Source: a virus
Taxonomy: Duplodnaviria; Caudoviricetes
IMG/VR virus record: IMGVR_UViG_3300037851_001126
Coordinates: 1-40,204 of that record
Length of the DNA stretch: 40,204 nucleotides
Direction: 5' to 3' (one strand)
Positions 20,359 through 29,878 of this stretch are shown piece after piece. Each line of letters opens with the position of its first letter. The stretch's first letter is position 1. A program made the translations under genes and the position numbers. The notes beneath the pieces were generated by a model. It saw only the letters and a program-made list of their open reading frames with translations. It did not search any database and had not been told where the DNA came from.

Positions 20359-20489
20359 TGATGGACATATCCCTTGAGGGACCTGCCACCGCTGACCGTC
20401 AATCCATATTGCTCGAATTCGTTTTGGTGGACTATTGGGAGTTTGCCGTCCGCTACCGATGGGAGCAGCGGCGGCACCATCTGGGGTAA
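20359..20489 (+). pseudogene. Short/truncated third member of the 19843/38079 family
   Basis: PATADRQSILLEFVLVDYWE resembles PSIGDQNRIRSWLLRDVWE and PASVDPESRREWLLIALWD. Confidence 0.35.
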
Positions 20490-20530
20490 GCCCCCACAGT
20501 TCCACAACGAAATTCCACGGCAACACCCGC

Positions 20531-20559
20531 TTGACGCCCGCGCGGGCGGAGAGTAGATT
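20531..20559 (+). promoter_or_regulatory. Sigma70-like promoter TTGACG-N17-TAGATT with CCCGCGCGGG palindrome in the spacer
   Basis: Near-consensus hexamers at 17-bp spacing; spacer related to the 29-bp repeats. Confidence 0.65.
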
Positions 20560-20565
20560 TCCGTC

Positions 20566-20639
20566 AGAGCCTGTTCGGTGCCGGCTGCGGCGTAACCGGA
20601 CAGGAAGTGCCACCACGGCAGCCCGTGAGTCGGTGCTCT
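20566..20639 (+). ncRNA. Putative 74-nt multi-stem structured RNA convergent on the portal-nuclease gene
   Basis: AGAGC/GCTCT closing stem; CCTGTTCGGT/ACCGGACAGG 10-bp stem; TGCC/GGCA and CCG/CGG hairpins; begins at the expected +1 of the promoter. Confidence 0.45.
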
Positions 20640-22420
20640 TATTTCGCATAAATCAGTTCCCCTTTCCGATAGTTGTTCAGCTTTCGGATTTTGCTGACCT
20701 TGTAGAAACTCTCGGCCCCGCCGCGTCGTTGCACCACGAAAACCGTGCCGCCGGAAACCATCCCGCGAGCATCTTTGAAAAGCCCAATATACACATCGTT
20801 GTTGTCCTGCTGCCAAATCTCGACGGGGCTTTTCACCGACGCCTTGGCGTGCGGCAGGAATTCAGCGCGATTCAGTTGGTCGGGGCGTTGAAAATGCGCC
20901 ATCGTCTGACGGTCAAACCTCACTCCGTTGCCCAAAGGATCCATCTCTGTGACGCCCTGCCATAATTCTCGTTCGCCGTCGACCACAGACAAGGATCGTG
21001 GTTCATCCACCGCCAGATGCGCCAGGTCTCGGATGTCCGGTCTCCCGTGTTCTCGCCAGTCTTTGCCAATAAAAAATCGATTGCCGTCGCCGTCGGTTAT
21101 CCATGCATTCACCAACCGATCCCACACCCGCCGCATCCGGTTCACCAGCCCGCCTTCGGCCTCTTCCTCGTCGCCGACAGTCTCCGGTCCCCGGTCTCCG
21201 GTCTCCGGTCTCCGTTCCTGCCGCCGCACCAGCTCATAGCCGGTCCGCTCGCTCAGCTCCTCGAGATCGATCGCGTACCCGGCCTGGGAGAGTTTCACCG
21301 CGTGATCCACCAGCGCGCCCACGTCCTCCTCGTCGGTCGCCGCCAACTCGAAATACGCCAGCGCCGGTTTGCCCGGGAACAACTCCGCCAGCACCAGCGC
21401 GTCCAATCCCTTCTGGAACACCTCGCTGATCTCCAGCGCCTCGGCCCGGGCAATGTCGTCAAACACGTCCCCGTGCTCGCCGCTCGCCCCCTGGCCAATG
21501 CCGGTCGGCCCGCTCAACATCGTCAGTTTCCCGCCCGTGCCGGCCAGCACCAGTTGCTCGGCCAGGTGATCGAGCCGCTGCTTGAACGGCGATTCGCCCA
21601 GGCCCGCCGTCGGAAATTTCGCGTCCCCCCCATACGGCAGCGCGCCGGGGATGCCGTCGGCAATCGCCTCCGCCGCGCTCTTGTATTCCGCCTCTTTCTC
21701 CACCGGCACCTGCGGCGGCATGATGACCACCGGCCGCGGGATGCCGTACACCTCGATGAACGCGTCCCAATCCTTCTCGCTCAGGCCGCTGCGCACATAC
21801 TGGATCAGCGCGATCTCGTTGAGCGGATCTTCCACCTCGCGCACCAGCAGCGTTCCCAAATCCACCGGCTCGCCCACCACACGGCCACTGGCCGAATCGG
21901 CGTTGTACGTCCACGGACCATACAGCCCGTCCCGACACCAGAACCATTGATCCACGCACTCCAGGTGATTGGTCTCGGAGGGCAGGACCGGAGACCGGGG
22001 ACCGGAGACCGGAGACTGAGGACCGCGCACTTGCCGTTCAATGTGCGCGAACCCGCGAAACTCGGCCAGCGCCAGGAACCGGATCGCCGCCCGCAGGTTG
22101 TCGATCTTGTCATACGCCGCCCGCAACGCCGCCGCCTGGTCTTCGGCCAGCGCCTCGTCCACGCCCTCGGTGGACACGGTCTTGATCGCCCAATCGAGCT
22201 TGGCGATCGCGCCCAGCCGACGGGCTTTCAGCGCCCGCAACACCGGGTGCCGTTTCTCGATCATCCGATACAGCCAGGTCAGGTCCGCATACGCCCCGCG
22301 CTCGCCTTCCTCCAGCAGACTGGCCGCCCGCTGAATCGTCAGCCCGCGCAGCGGGTTGTACTGGCTCCGCCACTTGTTGGCCGACGACAAGTGACGCGGC
22401 AGTGTCATCGCTCCGCTCAT
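20639..22420 (-). CDS. Portal protein (Mu gp29/DUF935-like) fused to a C-terminal PBECR2-like nuclease domain
   Basis: DUF935 motifs (GFAHIE, KDWDAFIEVYGIP, GEHGDVFDDI); last ~155 aa lower GC with R..FL...K..P.EIW...YIGLF...RKGELIY pattern. Confidence 0.85.
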   Translation of the reverse strand: MSGAMTLPRHLSSANKWRSQYNPLRGLTIQRAASLLEEGERGAYADLTWLYRMIEKRHPVLRALKARRLGAIAKLDWAIKTVSTEGVDEALAEDQAAALRAAYDKIDNLRAAIRFLALAEFRGFAHIERQVRGPQSPVSGPRSPVLPSETNHLECVDQWFWCRDGLYGPWTYNADSASGRVVGEPVDLGTLLVREVEDPLNEIALIQYVRSGLSEKDWDAFIEVYGIPRPVVIMPPQVPVEKEAEYKSAAEAIADGIPGALPYGGDAKFPTAGLGESPFKQRLDHLAEQLVLAGTGGKLTMLSGPTGIGQGASGEHGDVFDDIARAEALEISEVFQKGLDALVLAELFPGKPALAYFELAATDEEDVGALVDHAVKLSQAGYAIDLEELSERTGYELVRRQERRPETGDRGPETVGDEEEAEGGLVNRMRRVWDRLVNAWITDGDGNRFFIGKDWREHGRPDIRDLAHLAVDEPRSLSVVDGERELWQGVTEMDPLGNGVRFDRQTMAHFQRPDQLNRAEFLPHAKASVKSPVEIWQQDNNDVYIGLFKDARGMVSGGTVFVVQRRGGAESFYKVSKIRKLNNYRKGELIYAK

Positions 22421-23922
22421 ACCAGCACGCTCCTTTCGCGCCGCGCCGCCACCGCCCGCGCCGCGCGCCCACGGCCAAACACCAGCACGGGCATCGACGC
22501 GCCGCCCAGCGCGCTCAGCCGCGCCCGATTGGCCAGCATCAGCGCGGTGCACCGGTCGGCGTGCCCGTCTTTCGTGTGCGGCGCGCGATACGTCACGTTC
22601 CCGTGCGCCGTGGTGATCCGATGCACGCTGTGCAGGTCCTCGCGGATCACGCGGCTGACCGGGATGCCGAGTTGTTTCTGGTCAAACGCCACGCGCAACG
22701 GCGGGAAATTCTCCCGCTTGAACGTGTCGGTAAAATTGCACAGCTCGATCTTGCCGAACTGATGCTGCTCGGGCTTGTACTCGCCAAACTCGTCCACCAG
22801 CAAATCGCCCAACCCAACGCCAGGCCCCGTGTAATCGAAGCACACACGACGCGCCCGCTTGATCCTCGGACGCAACAGCTCCAACTGCCGGCGCGTGCTC
22901 TGCCTGTCGATCTCCAGCACCTCGCGGGTCATGGCGAACTCCTTCGAGATGCACTCCAGCGCCCAGCAGACCGTCAAATCGCGTTTGCGGCCAAAGTCGA
23001 TCCCCAGCACCATCGGGAACTCGCCGCCGCTGGCCTGCCAGTACTCGGCCGTCGCGGTGGCGAATGCCAGTGGATTCTCGCACGCCGCGATCAGCTCGTA
23101 GCCAAGCAACACGCTCGCCGTGTCGATGAACTCGCACAAAAATTCCTGCGCCCAGCCGTCGGGATCGTCCAGCGCCAACCGCAATTCCTCGGGGTCCACC
23201 GGCAACCCCTGCGCCACCGCGTCGTGGATCGTGACCAGGTGCGTGCTCCATTTCGCGCCCGCCACCCCGTGGTTCTTGCTCCACAGATCGTGAAACTTGT
23301 TGCCGATCCCGTTGGCCGTGGAGATCAACCGCACCTTCTTTTCGCCGCCCCGCAGCGAGTTGGTCACGCTCGGCAGAATCGCCCGCCATGTCGCATCCGG
23401 GGCCTCGAAAAACGCGAACTCGGTCATCAGCACGTTCGCCGAAAACCCGCGCACCGTGTCCGGCTTGCCCGGCACCGCGATCACGCGCGACCCGTTCGGG
23501 AACACCATCGTGGCCGATTTCAGCAGCGTCTCGCTGCCGCCCTCGCGTTCCTCGATCAGGTCCGCCAGGCTCAGCTTGAACACCTGCTGCCATTCCTTCC
23601 ATTTCTCGAACGACTCGAGCGACTGGCGTTCCGACGGCGCCGCGATCAGCCAGGCCGTTTTCTCGCCGCGCAATTCCGCCTCGAACACGTCCCGCACACC
23701 CTCGAACCCGCTGGAGAAATCCTTGCCCGTCTGGCGCGCCATCAGCCCGATCTTGAACCGCGCGGCGTCCATCGCCCACGTGTCCTGGTACGGCAACAAC
23801 ACCGACCGCGGCGACACCGTCTCCACTGTAGCCACGAGCCTGCTCGCGGTGCCGCGGGTCTCGGGTCTCCGGTCTCCGGTCTGCGGTCGTTTCTTGGCGC
23901 CTTTGCGGCTTGGCGTGATCAT
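22417..23922 (-). CDS. terL: Terminase large subunit (Mu gp28-like)
   Basis: LLPYQ, ARQTGKDF (Walker A), RGFSANVLMTEFAF, ISTANG, GIDFGRKRDLTV, HADRCTALMLA. Confidence 0.95.
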   Translation of the reverse strand: MITPSRKGAKKRPQTGDRRPETRGTASRLVATVETVSPRSVLLPYQDTWAMDAARFKIGLMARQTGKDFSSGFEGVRDVFEAELRGEKTAWLIAAPSERQSLESFEKWKEWQQVFKLSLADLIEEREGGSETLLKSATMVFPNGSRVIAVPGKPDTVRGFSANVLMTEFAFFEAPDATWRAILPSVTNSLRGGEKKVRLISTANGIGNKFHDLWSKNHGVAGAKWSTHLVTIHDAVAQGLPVDPEELRLALDDPDGWAQEFLCEFIDTASVLLGYELIAACENPLAFATATAEYWQASGGEFPMVLGIDFGRKRDLTVCWALECISKEFAMTREVLEIDRQSTRRQLELLRPRIKRARRVCFDYTGPGVGLGDLLVDEFGEYKPEQHQFGKIELCNFTDTFKRENFPPLRVAFDQKQLGIPVSRVIREDLHSVHRITTAHGNVTYRAPHTKDGHADRCTALMLANRARLSALGGASMPVLVFGRGRAARAVAARRERSVLV

Positions 23923-24572
23923 GACGTTTGCATCCCCAAAATCTCGCGCATCTTGCGCGTCTTCTCCGCCGCGCTCAGCTGCGGCGTGTCGGCCACCGCC
24001 AGCGCGTCTTTCATCTTCGCCTCCAGCAGCGCCACCTTCCGCTCGGCTTGGCTCACCTTCTGTTTGTCCAGCTCCAGCTTGGCCAGCGCCAGCGCCCCTT
24101 TGTCCTCGCCCGCCTTGAGCGCGCCCAGCGCCACCAGCTTGTCCGTCGCCTCGGCGGTCGACGCATACGCCGCCGCCTTTTGCTCGGACGTCGCCTGCGG
24201 GTCGTTGTAGAGCACCTGCGCGTTGGCCAGGATCGTCGTCCAGTGCGCGATCGCCAACCGCCGCGCGTCGGCGTGCAAATGATCCGCGCCCGCGCTGGCC
24301 ATCGTCTCGCCCATCGCCCGATGCAGCCGTACCTGGTGCGCGATCAATTCCTCCTGGCAACGCGGGCTTCGCAGAAAATCGTAGATGCGCGGCATCGACC
24401 ATTCCTGCTTGTGTTTCGATACCACCGCGCAGAGCCGTTTCATGTCCGGGTTGGCCCGGTCCTCGTGCACGATCGCCATGAACTCCTGCTGACCCTGCTC
24501 GGGCAACCGGTAAAACCCGCAATCCGTCCGACGTTTGCGCGGGCTTCCGTCCTTGTTCCAGCCTTTAGCCAT
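23919..24572 (-). CDS. Terminase small subunit (Mu gp27/DUF3486-like)
   Basis: Directly upstream of terL, helical, ends KMREILG. Confidence 0.7.
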   Translation of the reverse strand: MAKGWNKDGSPRKRRTDCGFYRLPEQGQQEFMAIVHEDRANPDMKRLCAVVSKHKQEWSMPRIYDFLRSPRCQEELIAHQVRLHRAMGETMASAGADHLHADARRLAIAHWTTILANAQVLYNDPQATSEQKAAAYASTAEATDKLVALGALKAGEDKGALALAKLELDKQKVSQAERKVALLEAKMKDALAVADTPQLSAAEKTRKMREILGMQTS

Positions 24573-24897
24573 CGAGCAACGCCTTTCCTTTCGCCGTGAT
24601 CACCCAGCGCGACCGATCCAACCGGCTCACGTCAATCAGCTTTTCCTCCTGCAAATACGCCAGCGCGTCGATCAGCTCATGCTGTGTCAATCCTGTCGTC
24701 ACGCGGCCCACGGCGAACATCACGTCGGCGTCGCTCACCCCGGCCAGCGTGTCGCCGCCCGAAATCGCCGCCAGCACCCGACGCTCGGTCATGTTGATTG
24801 GAAAACGAGGGGCGCCAGGCCCCTGATCGTGGCTGACAGCCTTACCGGCCCGCCGACCTGACCTGTTCTTGAAATTCTTTTCCCGCGGCGTTTTCAT
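24565..24897 (-). CDS. Small winged-helix-like protein (Mu gp26 position)
   Basis: ALAYLQEEKLI...WVITAKG motif. Confidence 0.6.
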   Translation of the reverse strand: MKTPREKNFKNRSGRRAGKAVSHDQGPGAPRFPINMTERRVLAAISGGDTLAGVSDADVMFAVGRVTTGLTQHELIDALAYLQEEKLIDVSRLDRSRWVITAKGKALLDG

Positions 24898-25274
24898 GTC
24901 TCCCCCTGCATCTTCGGCGTCCGATACCCCGCCAGCGCCGCCGTGCGCTGCAACAACTCCTCCAGCATCTCGAAGATCTTCGAGCGCGACTTCGTCGCTT
25001 CCACCCGATCCATCTCCCATTCCCGGCGCGTCACGTACTCGCTCGCCAACCGGTTCAGACACTGGTTGTGACCCGACTCCAGCCGCTCCACCCGATCGCT
25101 CAGGTTCTCGGCCTGGATCGTCTGTAGTTCCTTGCTGACCAGCGACAGCGCCGCGCGGGCCTTGTCCAGTTCGACCTGGAACGGTCGCACCACAAACCCG
25201 TAAATCGTCAGCACCCCCACGATCATCGAAACCACCGAGGCGCCAACCGTCGTCGCTATCATCACCGCGTCCAT
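24894..25274 (-). CDS. Membrane-anchored coiled-coil protein (Mu gp25 position)
   Basis: N-terminal TM helix, coiled coil, EYVTRREW. Confidence 0.6.
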   Translation of the reverse strand: MDAVMIATTVGASVVSMIVGVLTIYGFVVRPFQVELDKARAALSLVSKELQTIQAENLSDRVERLESGHNQCLNRLASEYVTRREWEMDRVEATKSRSKIFEMLEELLQRTAALAGYRTPKMQGET

Positions 25275-25275
25275 G

Positions 25276-25671
25276 CTATTTTATCCCTTTCCCTTGTTTT
25301 CCCAGCGCCGCGTCGATCCGCTCGTTCACGTTGTTCGTGCCGCACAGAAACACACCCAGGAGCCGCCCGTACTTGTCACGGGCGTCATCGTCCGTCCGCA
25401 GCGTCAAACGCTCGCCAGCGGGGCACCGGAGGGCCTTTTCCAGGCCCTCCCGCGCCGCATCGCCTCCCGGTTCGTGCGACTCCGCCGCGTACACGCCAAC
25501 CAGGCGCACCCGCTCGGCCTTGGTCACGCCAAGACCGAGATCGACGCGGCAGTCCACGGTGTCGCCGTCCACCACCCGCGTCACCTCAACCGGGTAATCG
25601 CGGGCCACACCGAGACCACAGACCGCAAACCACAGACCGCAAAAAACGACCAGGACGACGACGCGTCTCAT
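25276..25671 (-). CDS. Thermonuclease (SNase) family protein with signal peptide
   Basis: VTRVVDGDTV, RVRLVGVYAAE, DKYGRLLG. Confidence 0.85.
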   Translation of the reverse strand: MRRVVVLVVFCGLWFAVCGLGVARDYPVEVTRVVDGDTVDCRVDLGLGVTKAERVRLVGVYAAESHEPGGDAAREGLEKALRCPAGERLTLRTDDDARDKYGRLLGVFLCGTNNVNERIDAALGKQGKGIK

Positions 25672-26540
25672 AGGTCCACCGCCGGGGCGCAGCCGCGACA
25701 TGCCCGCACCCGATAGTAGAACTTTGTCGATGACGGCAGTGATGTGTCGGAGAACGATGTGACGTTCGGCCCGACCGTTGTGAGAGTCCCCCACACCTCG
25801 CCGTCCAGCGACCGCTCGATCTCGAACCCGCTCTCGATGGTGGTATTGTCCTCCCACGCCAGGTCAATCTGGGTCGGGCTGACCGCCGTCGCCGTGAGGT
25901 TTGTCGGCGCCGCCAGCGCGTTCTCAACCATCACGTTGATCGACGCGTCGCTGAAGTTGCCAGCCGCGTCATGGGCGCGCACGGTCAGTTGGTGCTGACC
26001 ATCGGCCACGGTCTCGGTGTCAAACGGCAGATCGAACGGAACCTCGGCGGACTCGCCCCACTTTTGCCCGTCCACAAACAACTCCACCAACACCACGCCC
26101 ACATTGTCCGTTGCCTGCACCTCGACGACGCCTTTGCCCCAGATCGTTTGGCCGTCGGCGGGGTCGACGAACACAATCGTCGGAGCCACGTCATCGGGCG
26201 GCGGCAACGTCTCGGCGGAGGCAACATCGCTCCAGGCCGATTGCCGGGCATCGTTGAACGCGCGGACCTGAATGTCATACGCGGTGGACGGTTGCAGTCC
26301 GCCGATCACCGTCGATTCACGGTTGCGGCGGACAAGTTTGGTGACGGTCGCGCCGACTGGATCAGTGGCGCGCACCTTGAATCCCGTCTCCAACACCGAA
26401 CGATCCTGCCAGGTCACACGGATCGATTCGTGGTCGATCGCGCTGGCCTGGACGGCGCGCGGTGGCCTCATGTTTCCCGCGGCCTGCGCGGCGGTGGCGA
26501 TCATGGCGAACATGGCGAACAATGCGATTTTGCGGCTCAT
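25668..26540 (-). CDS. Secreted FN3 - bacterial Ig-like - FN3 protein
   Basis: Signal peptide; W.D.S..ETGF...GLQPSTAY; ATDNVGV...LTVRAHDAAGN; APTNLTATAVS..IDLAWEDN. Confidence 0.85.
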   Translation of the reverse strand: MSRKIALFAMFAMIATAAQAAGNMRPPRAVQASAIDHESIRVTWQDRSVLETGFKVRATDPVGATVTKLVRRNRESTVIGGLQPSTAYDIQVRAFNDARQSAWSDVASAETLPPPDDVAPTIVFVDPADGQTIWGKGVVEVQATDNVGVVLVELFVDGQKWGESAEVPFDLPFDTETVADGQHQLTVRAHDAAGNFSDASINVMVENALAAPTNLTATAVSPTQIDLAWEDNTTIESGFEIERSLDGEVWGTLTTVGPNVTSFSDTSLPSSTKFYYRVRACRGCAPAVDL

Positions 26541-26581
26541 AACGTGATTTCCTTTCCTTGTGTTGTTTGTTGTTTGGGCGA

Positions 26582-26803
26582 TCACTTCGCGATCGCCTCC
26601 TCAACCAGCTCCAGTTTCTGCCGACACTCCTGGCCGATCGACGTCAGCACCGCGATGCACACCACCGCGATCAACGCCAGGATCAGGCTGTACTCCACCA
26701 GCGCCTGGCCGGTCGACCGGCGCCCAGCCGGCAACGGACACGTCAACGTAATGCCGGTGACGCCGTGGTGGTTGCTTCGGATGTTGTTGCTCTGCGCTTT
26801 CAT
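26582..26803 (-). CDS. flp: Flp/Fap (type IVb/Tad) pilin
   Basis: G|QALVEYSLILALIAVVCIAVLTSIG: prepilin cleavage site with E5/Y6 and hydrophobic helix; AGGAGG RBS. Confidence 0.85.
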   Translation of the reverse strand: MKAQSNNIRSNHHGVTGITLTCPLPAGRRSTGQALVEYSLILALIAVVCIAVLTSIGQECRQKLELVEEAIAK

Positions 26804-26908
26804 CAACTACCTCCTGTGTCGGTTGTTGCGTTTGGTTCGTGTCGGCGCCCACACGGCGCACCGCGCTCAAATGCCACAACGCAAACTCCAGATGCTGCCG
26901 CGCGTCGT

Positions 26909-27196
26909 TCACGTGCTCCACCACCACGGCAGGCACGGACTGCTCCGCGGCCGACGCCAGATACTCCGTGGCAAGGCAGATCCACTGTTCCGCGTTGCGC
27001 GGGCGATCCACATCGTGCTTGGGCAACGGGCGTCCACGCAAGGCCCCATCTGCTCCGCCTTGCGCGCGCGGTGACACGGCGGGCACCGCGCCTCGTGGTG
27101 AACCTTGCCGGTCGCATGATCCGTCCACGACGGAAACGCCGCCAACGGCCACGTCTCGCCGCAGCCCAGACACGTTTTTTGGTTGCCGTCGTCCAC
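26909..27196 (-). CDS. Small Zn-finger-like protein
   Basis: KTCLGCGE..PL..F...RCPPC. Confidence 0.5.
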   Translation of the reverse strand: MDDGNQKTCLGCGETWPLAAFPSWTDHATGKVHHEARCPPCHRARKAEQMGPCVDARCPSTMWIARATRNSGSALPRSIWRRPRSSPCLPWWWST

Positions 27197-27199
27197 GAT

Positions 27200-27441
27200 T
27201 CACGTCGCGCCTCCCGGTGCTTCCACCTGGTGATTCTTTTCCATCTCCAGCACCATGCGCCGCGATTGCTGGATCTGCTGGTGGATTCGACATAATTCCC
27301 CGTAAATCTCGTGACGGCTGCCCAGGTACATCTCCGTGAGCTTGTGCATCTCCGTCTCCACCACACACCACTGCAACAGCCGATCCCGCATCCGCCGCTC
27401 GTCCAACGCCGCCACCTCGCCCGCGCTAAACTCGTGCTCGC

Positions 27442-27445
<4 letters not shown>
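27200..27445 (-). CDS. Hypothetical coiled-coil protein
   Basis: ATG overlaps the upstream stop; GGGAGG RBS. Confidence 0.55.
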
Positions 27446-28088
<643 letters not shown>

Positions 28089-28092
<4 letters not shown>

Positions 28093-28435
28093 GGCGTCAC
28101 CGCCTCGCGCGCCGCCGTGGCCGCCGCTGTGCCCACCAGGTCGCCCGCCGCCCGCAGGCTCTCGGCGGTGTCGGACACCAGCACACTCGCGCCGGTCGGT
28201 GTGGACTCGACGATCCGCGGCGAGATGCTCCACGCGATCGCCGTCCGGCTCACCAGTTGCCCGTCGGCATCGTACCGCTCCCACACACCCGCGCAGCCGG
28301 TCACAATCACAGAGACACAGAGCAGACCTGCCGCGGCCAGGCGGTCAGTGAACCGTCGCGCACGGGGGACAGGACCCGCGCGCACGGCTGCCTGGTCGCC
28401 GTGTTGTTTCAGGCCGTTCTCTGTGTCTCTGTGGT

Positions 28436-28439
<4 letters not shown>
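28089..28439 (-). CDS. Putative lipoprotein (spanin-like)
   Basis: LLCVSVIVTG|C lipobox next to the amidase. Confidence 0.5.
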
Positions 28440-28987
<548 letters not shown>

Positions 28988-29173
28988 CGTCGTTTGCCGT
29001 TGTCCGTTTCCCCACGGTCTGTCGTCTGTGGTCTGGTTTGCGTTGCCGCTGCGCCCCGGTCGAACGCGCGCGAGGCCGGTGGGGAATCCAAACCCCGCGC
29101 GCGCCGGGACCGAACCGACAACGACACGATTCGCTAACACGGGGGAGAATGGCATGAAGTTTTTTTGGGGGGG

Positions 29174-29221
29174 TGTGCACTGCACAGGGGGTGTGCAGTG
29201 CACAGGGGTGTGCAGTGCACA
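29174..29221. promoter_or_regulatory. Three tandem palindromes TGTGCA(C/G)TGCACA
   Basis: At 29174-29186, 29192-29204 and 29209-29221, upstream of the late operon. Confidence 0.7.
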
Positions 29222-29286
29222 CCTAAAAAGCCTGTTTTACCGAGAAAACAGGAAGGCCGTTTTTGGACAAACAAAGGGTTTGCCAA

Positions 29287-29397
29287 TTACCGTCGACGGT
29301 CATCATCGTCGCCGCAGATGATGTCCAGCAAAGGCTTCAACATCCACAAGCCAAAGCACCACAGAATCACGCCGAACAGGATCTGCCACCAGGTCAT
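29287..29397 (-). CDS. 36-aa membrane peptide
   Basis: MTWWQILFGVILWCFGLWMLKPLLDIICGDDDDRRR; ATGA overlap with upstream gene. Confidence 0.5.
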   Translation of the reverse strand: MTWWQILFGVILWCFGLWMLKPLLDIICGDDDDRRR

Positions 29398-29678
29398 AAG
29401 CGCATCACCAGTACCGCGCCAACCGCAGTCAGTACAAGCCCGCCGAAATACACTAGCGGTGTGATCACCCCCGGAAATTCTTCATCGGTAGAAGCGGCAT
29501 TATGTTTTTCGGTTTGACGATCGATCGCCATGCAGATCGCCGAAAGGCCATTCATGATCACGCCGGTCAGGGCCAGCGCCAACGCTACAAACGGCATCGC
29601 CGGTGTCTTGCCCATGATCCACATAACAACTGCCAGCACCAGCAACATCTGTCCAAGCAGCGATACGAATACCGTCAT
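29394..29678 (-). CDS. Membrane protein (3 TM), downstream of the leftward RHH gene
   Basis: Hydrophobic 94 aa; ATGA overlap. Confidence 0.65.
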   Translation of the reverse strand: MTVFVSLLGQMLLVLAVVMWIMGKTPAMPFVALALALTGVIMNGLSAICMAIDRQTEKHNAASTDEEFPGVITPLVYFGGLVLTAVGAVLVMRL

Positions 29679-29878
29679 GATGATTGCCCCTTTGAGTTAT
29701 GCGGTTCCCACGGCAACGTAATGCGTCCACCCTTGCGCTCCGCGTCATCGATGATCGCCATGACCGCGACCCGAACAAGCGAAGACACATCCAAATGCGT
29801 CGAGTCCGAAATTTTTTCCAGTCTCTTGCGCAATTCTGGAGTCAGACGGACACGAATCTGAGCATCCTTTTTTTCCAT
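29675..29878 (-). CDS. Ribbon-helix-helix regulator (candidate immunity repressor)
   Basis: QIRVRLTPELRKRLEKIS...DVSSLVRVAV, CopG/Arc pattern. Confidence 0.8.
   Translation of the reverse strand: MEKKDAQIRVRLTPELRKRLEKISDSTHLDVSSLVRVAVMAIIDDAERKGGRITLPWEPHNSKGQSS

Noticed and set aside
20566-20639. Canonical tRNA gene
   Set aside because: No GTTCRA T-loop, D-loop GG pattern or 7-bp acceptor stem; kept only as a structured RNA candidate
4175-24210. Long plus-strand ORFs (4175-5518, 5720-7855, 16267-17640, 21017-22762, 22402-24210)
   Set aside because: Arg/His-rich antisense shadows of clear minus-strand phage genes in high-GC DNA
26601-27371. 256-aa ORF overlapping the pilin
   Set aside because: It overlaps three better-supported ORFs; its middle segment (~26810-27010) might be coding but has no clear start
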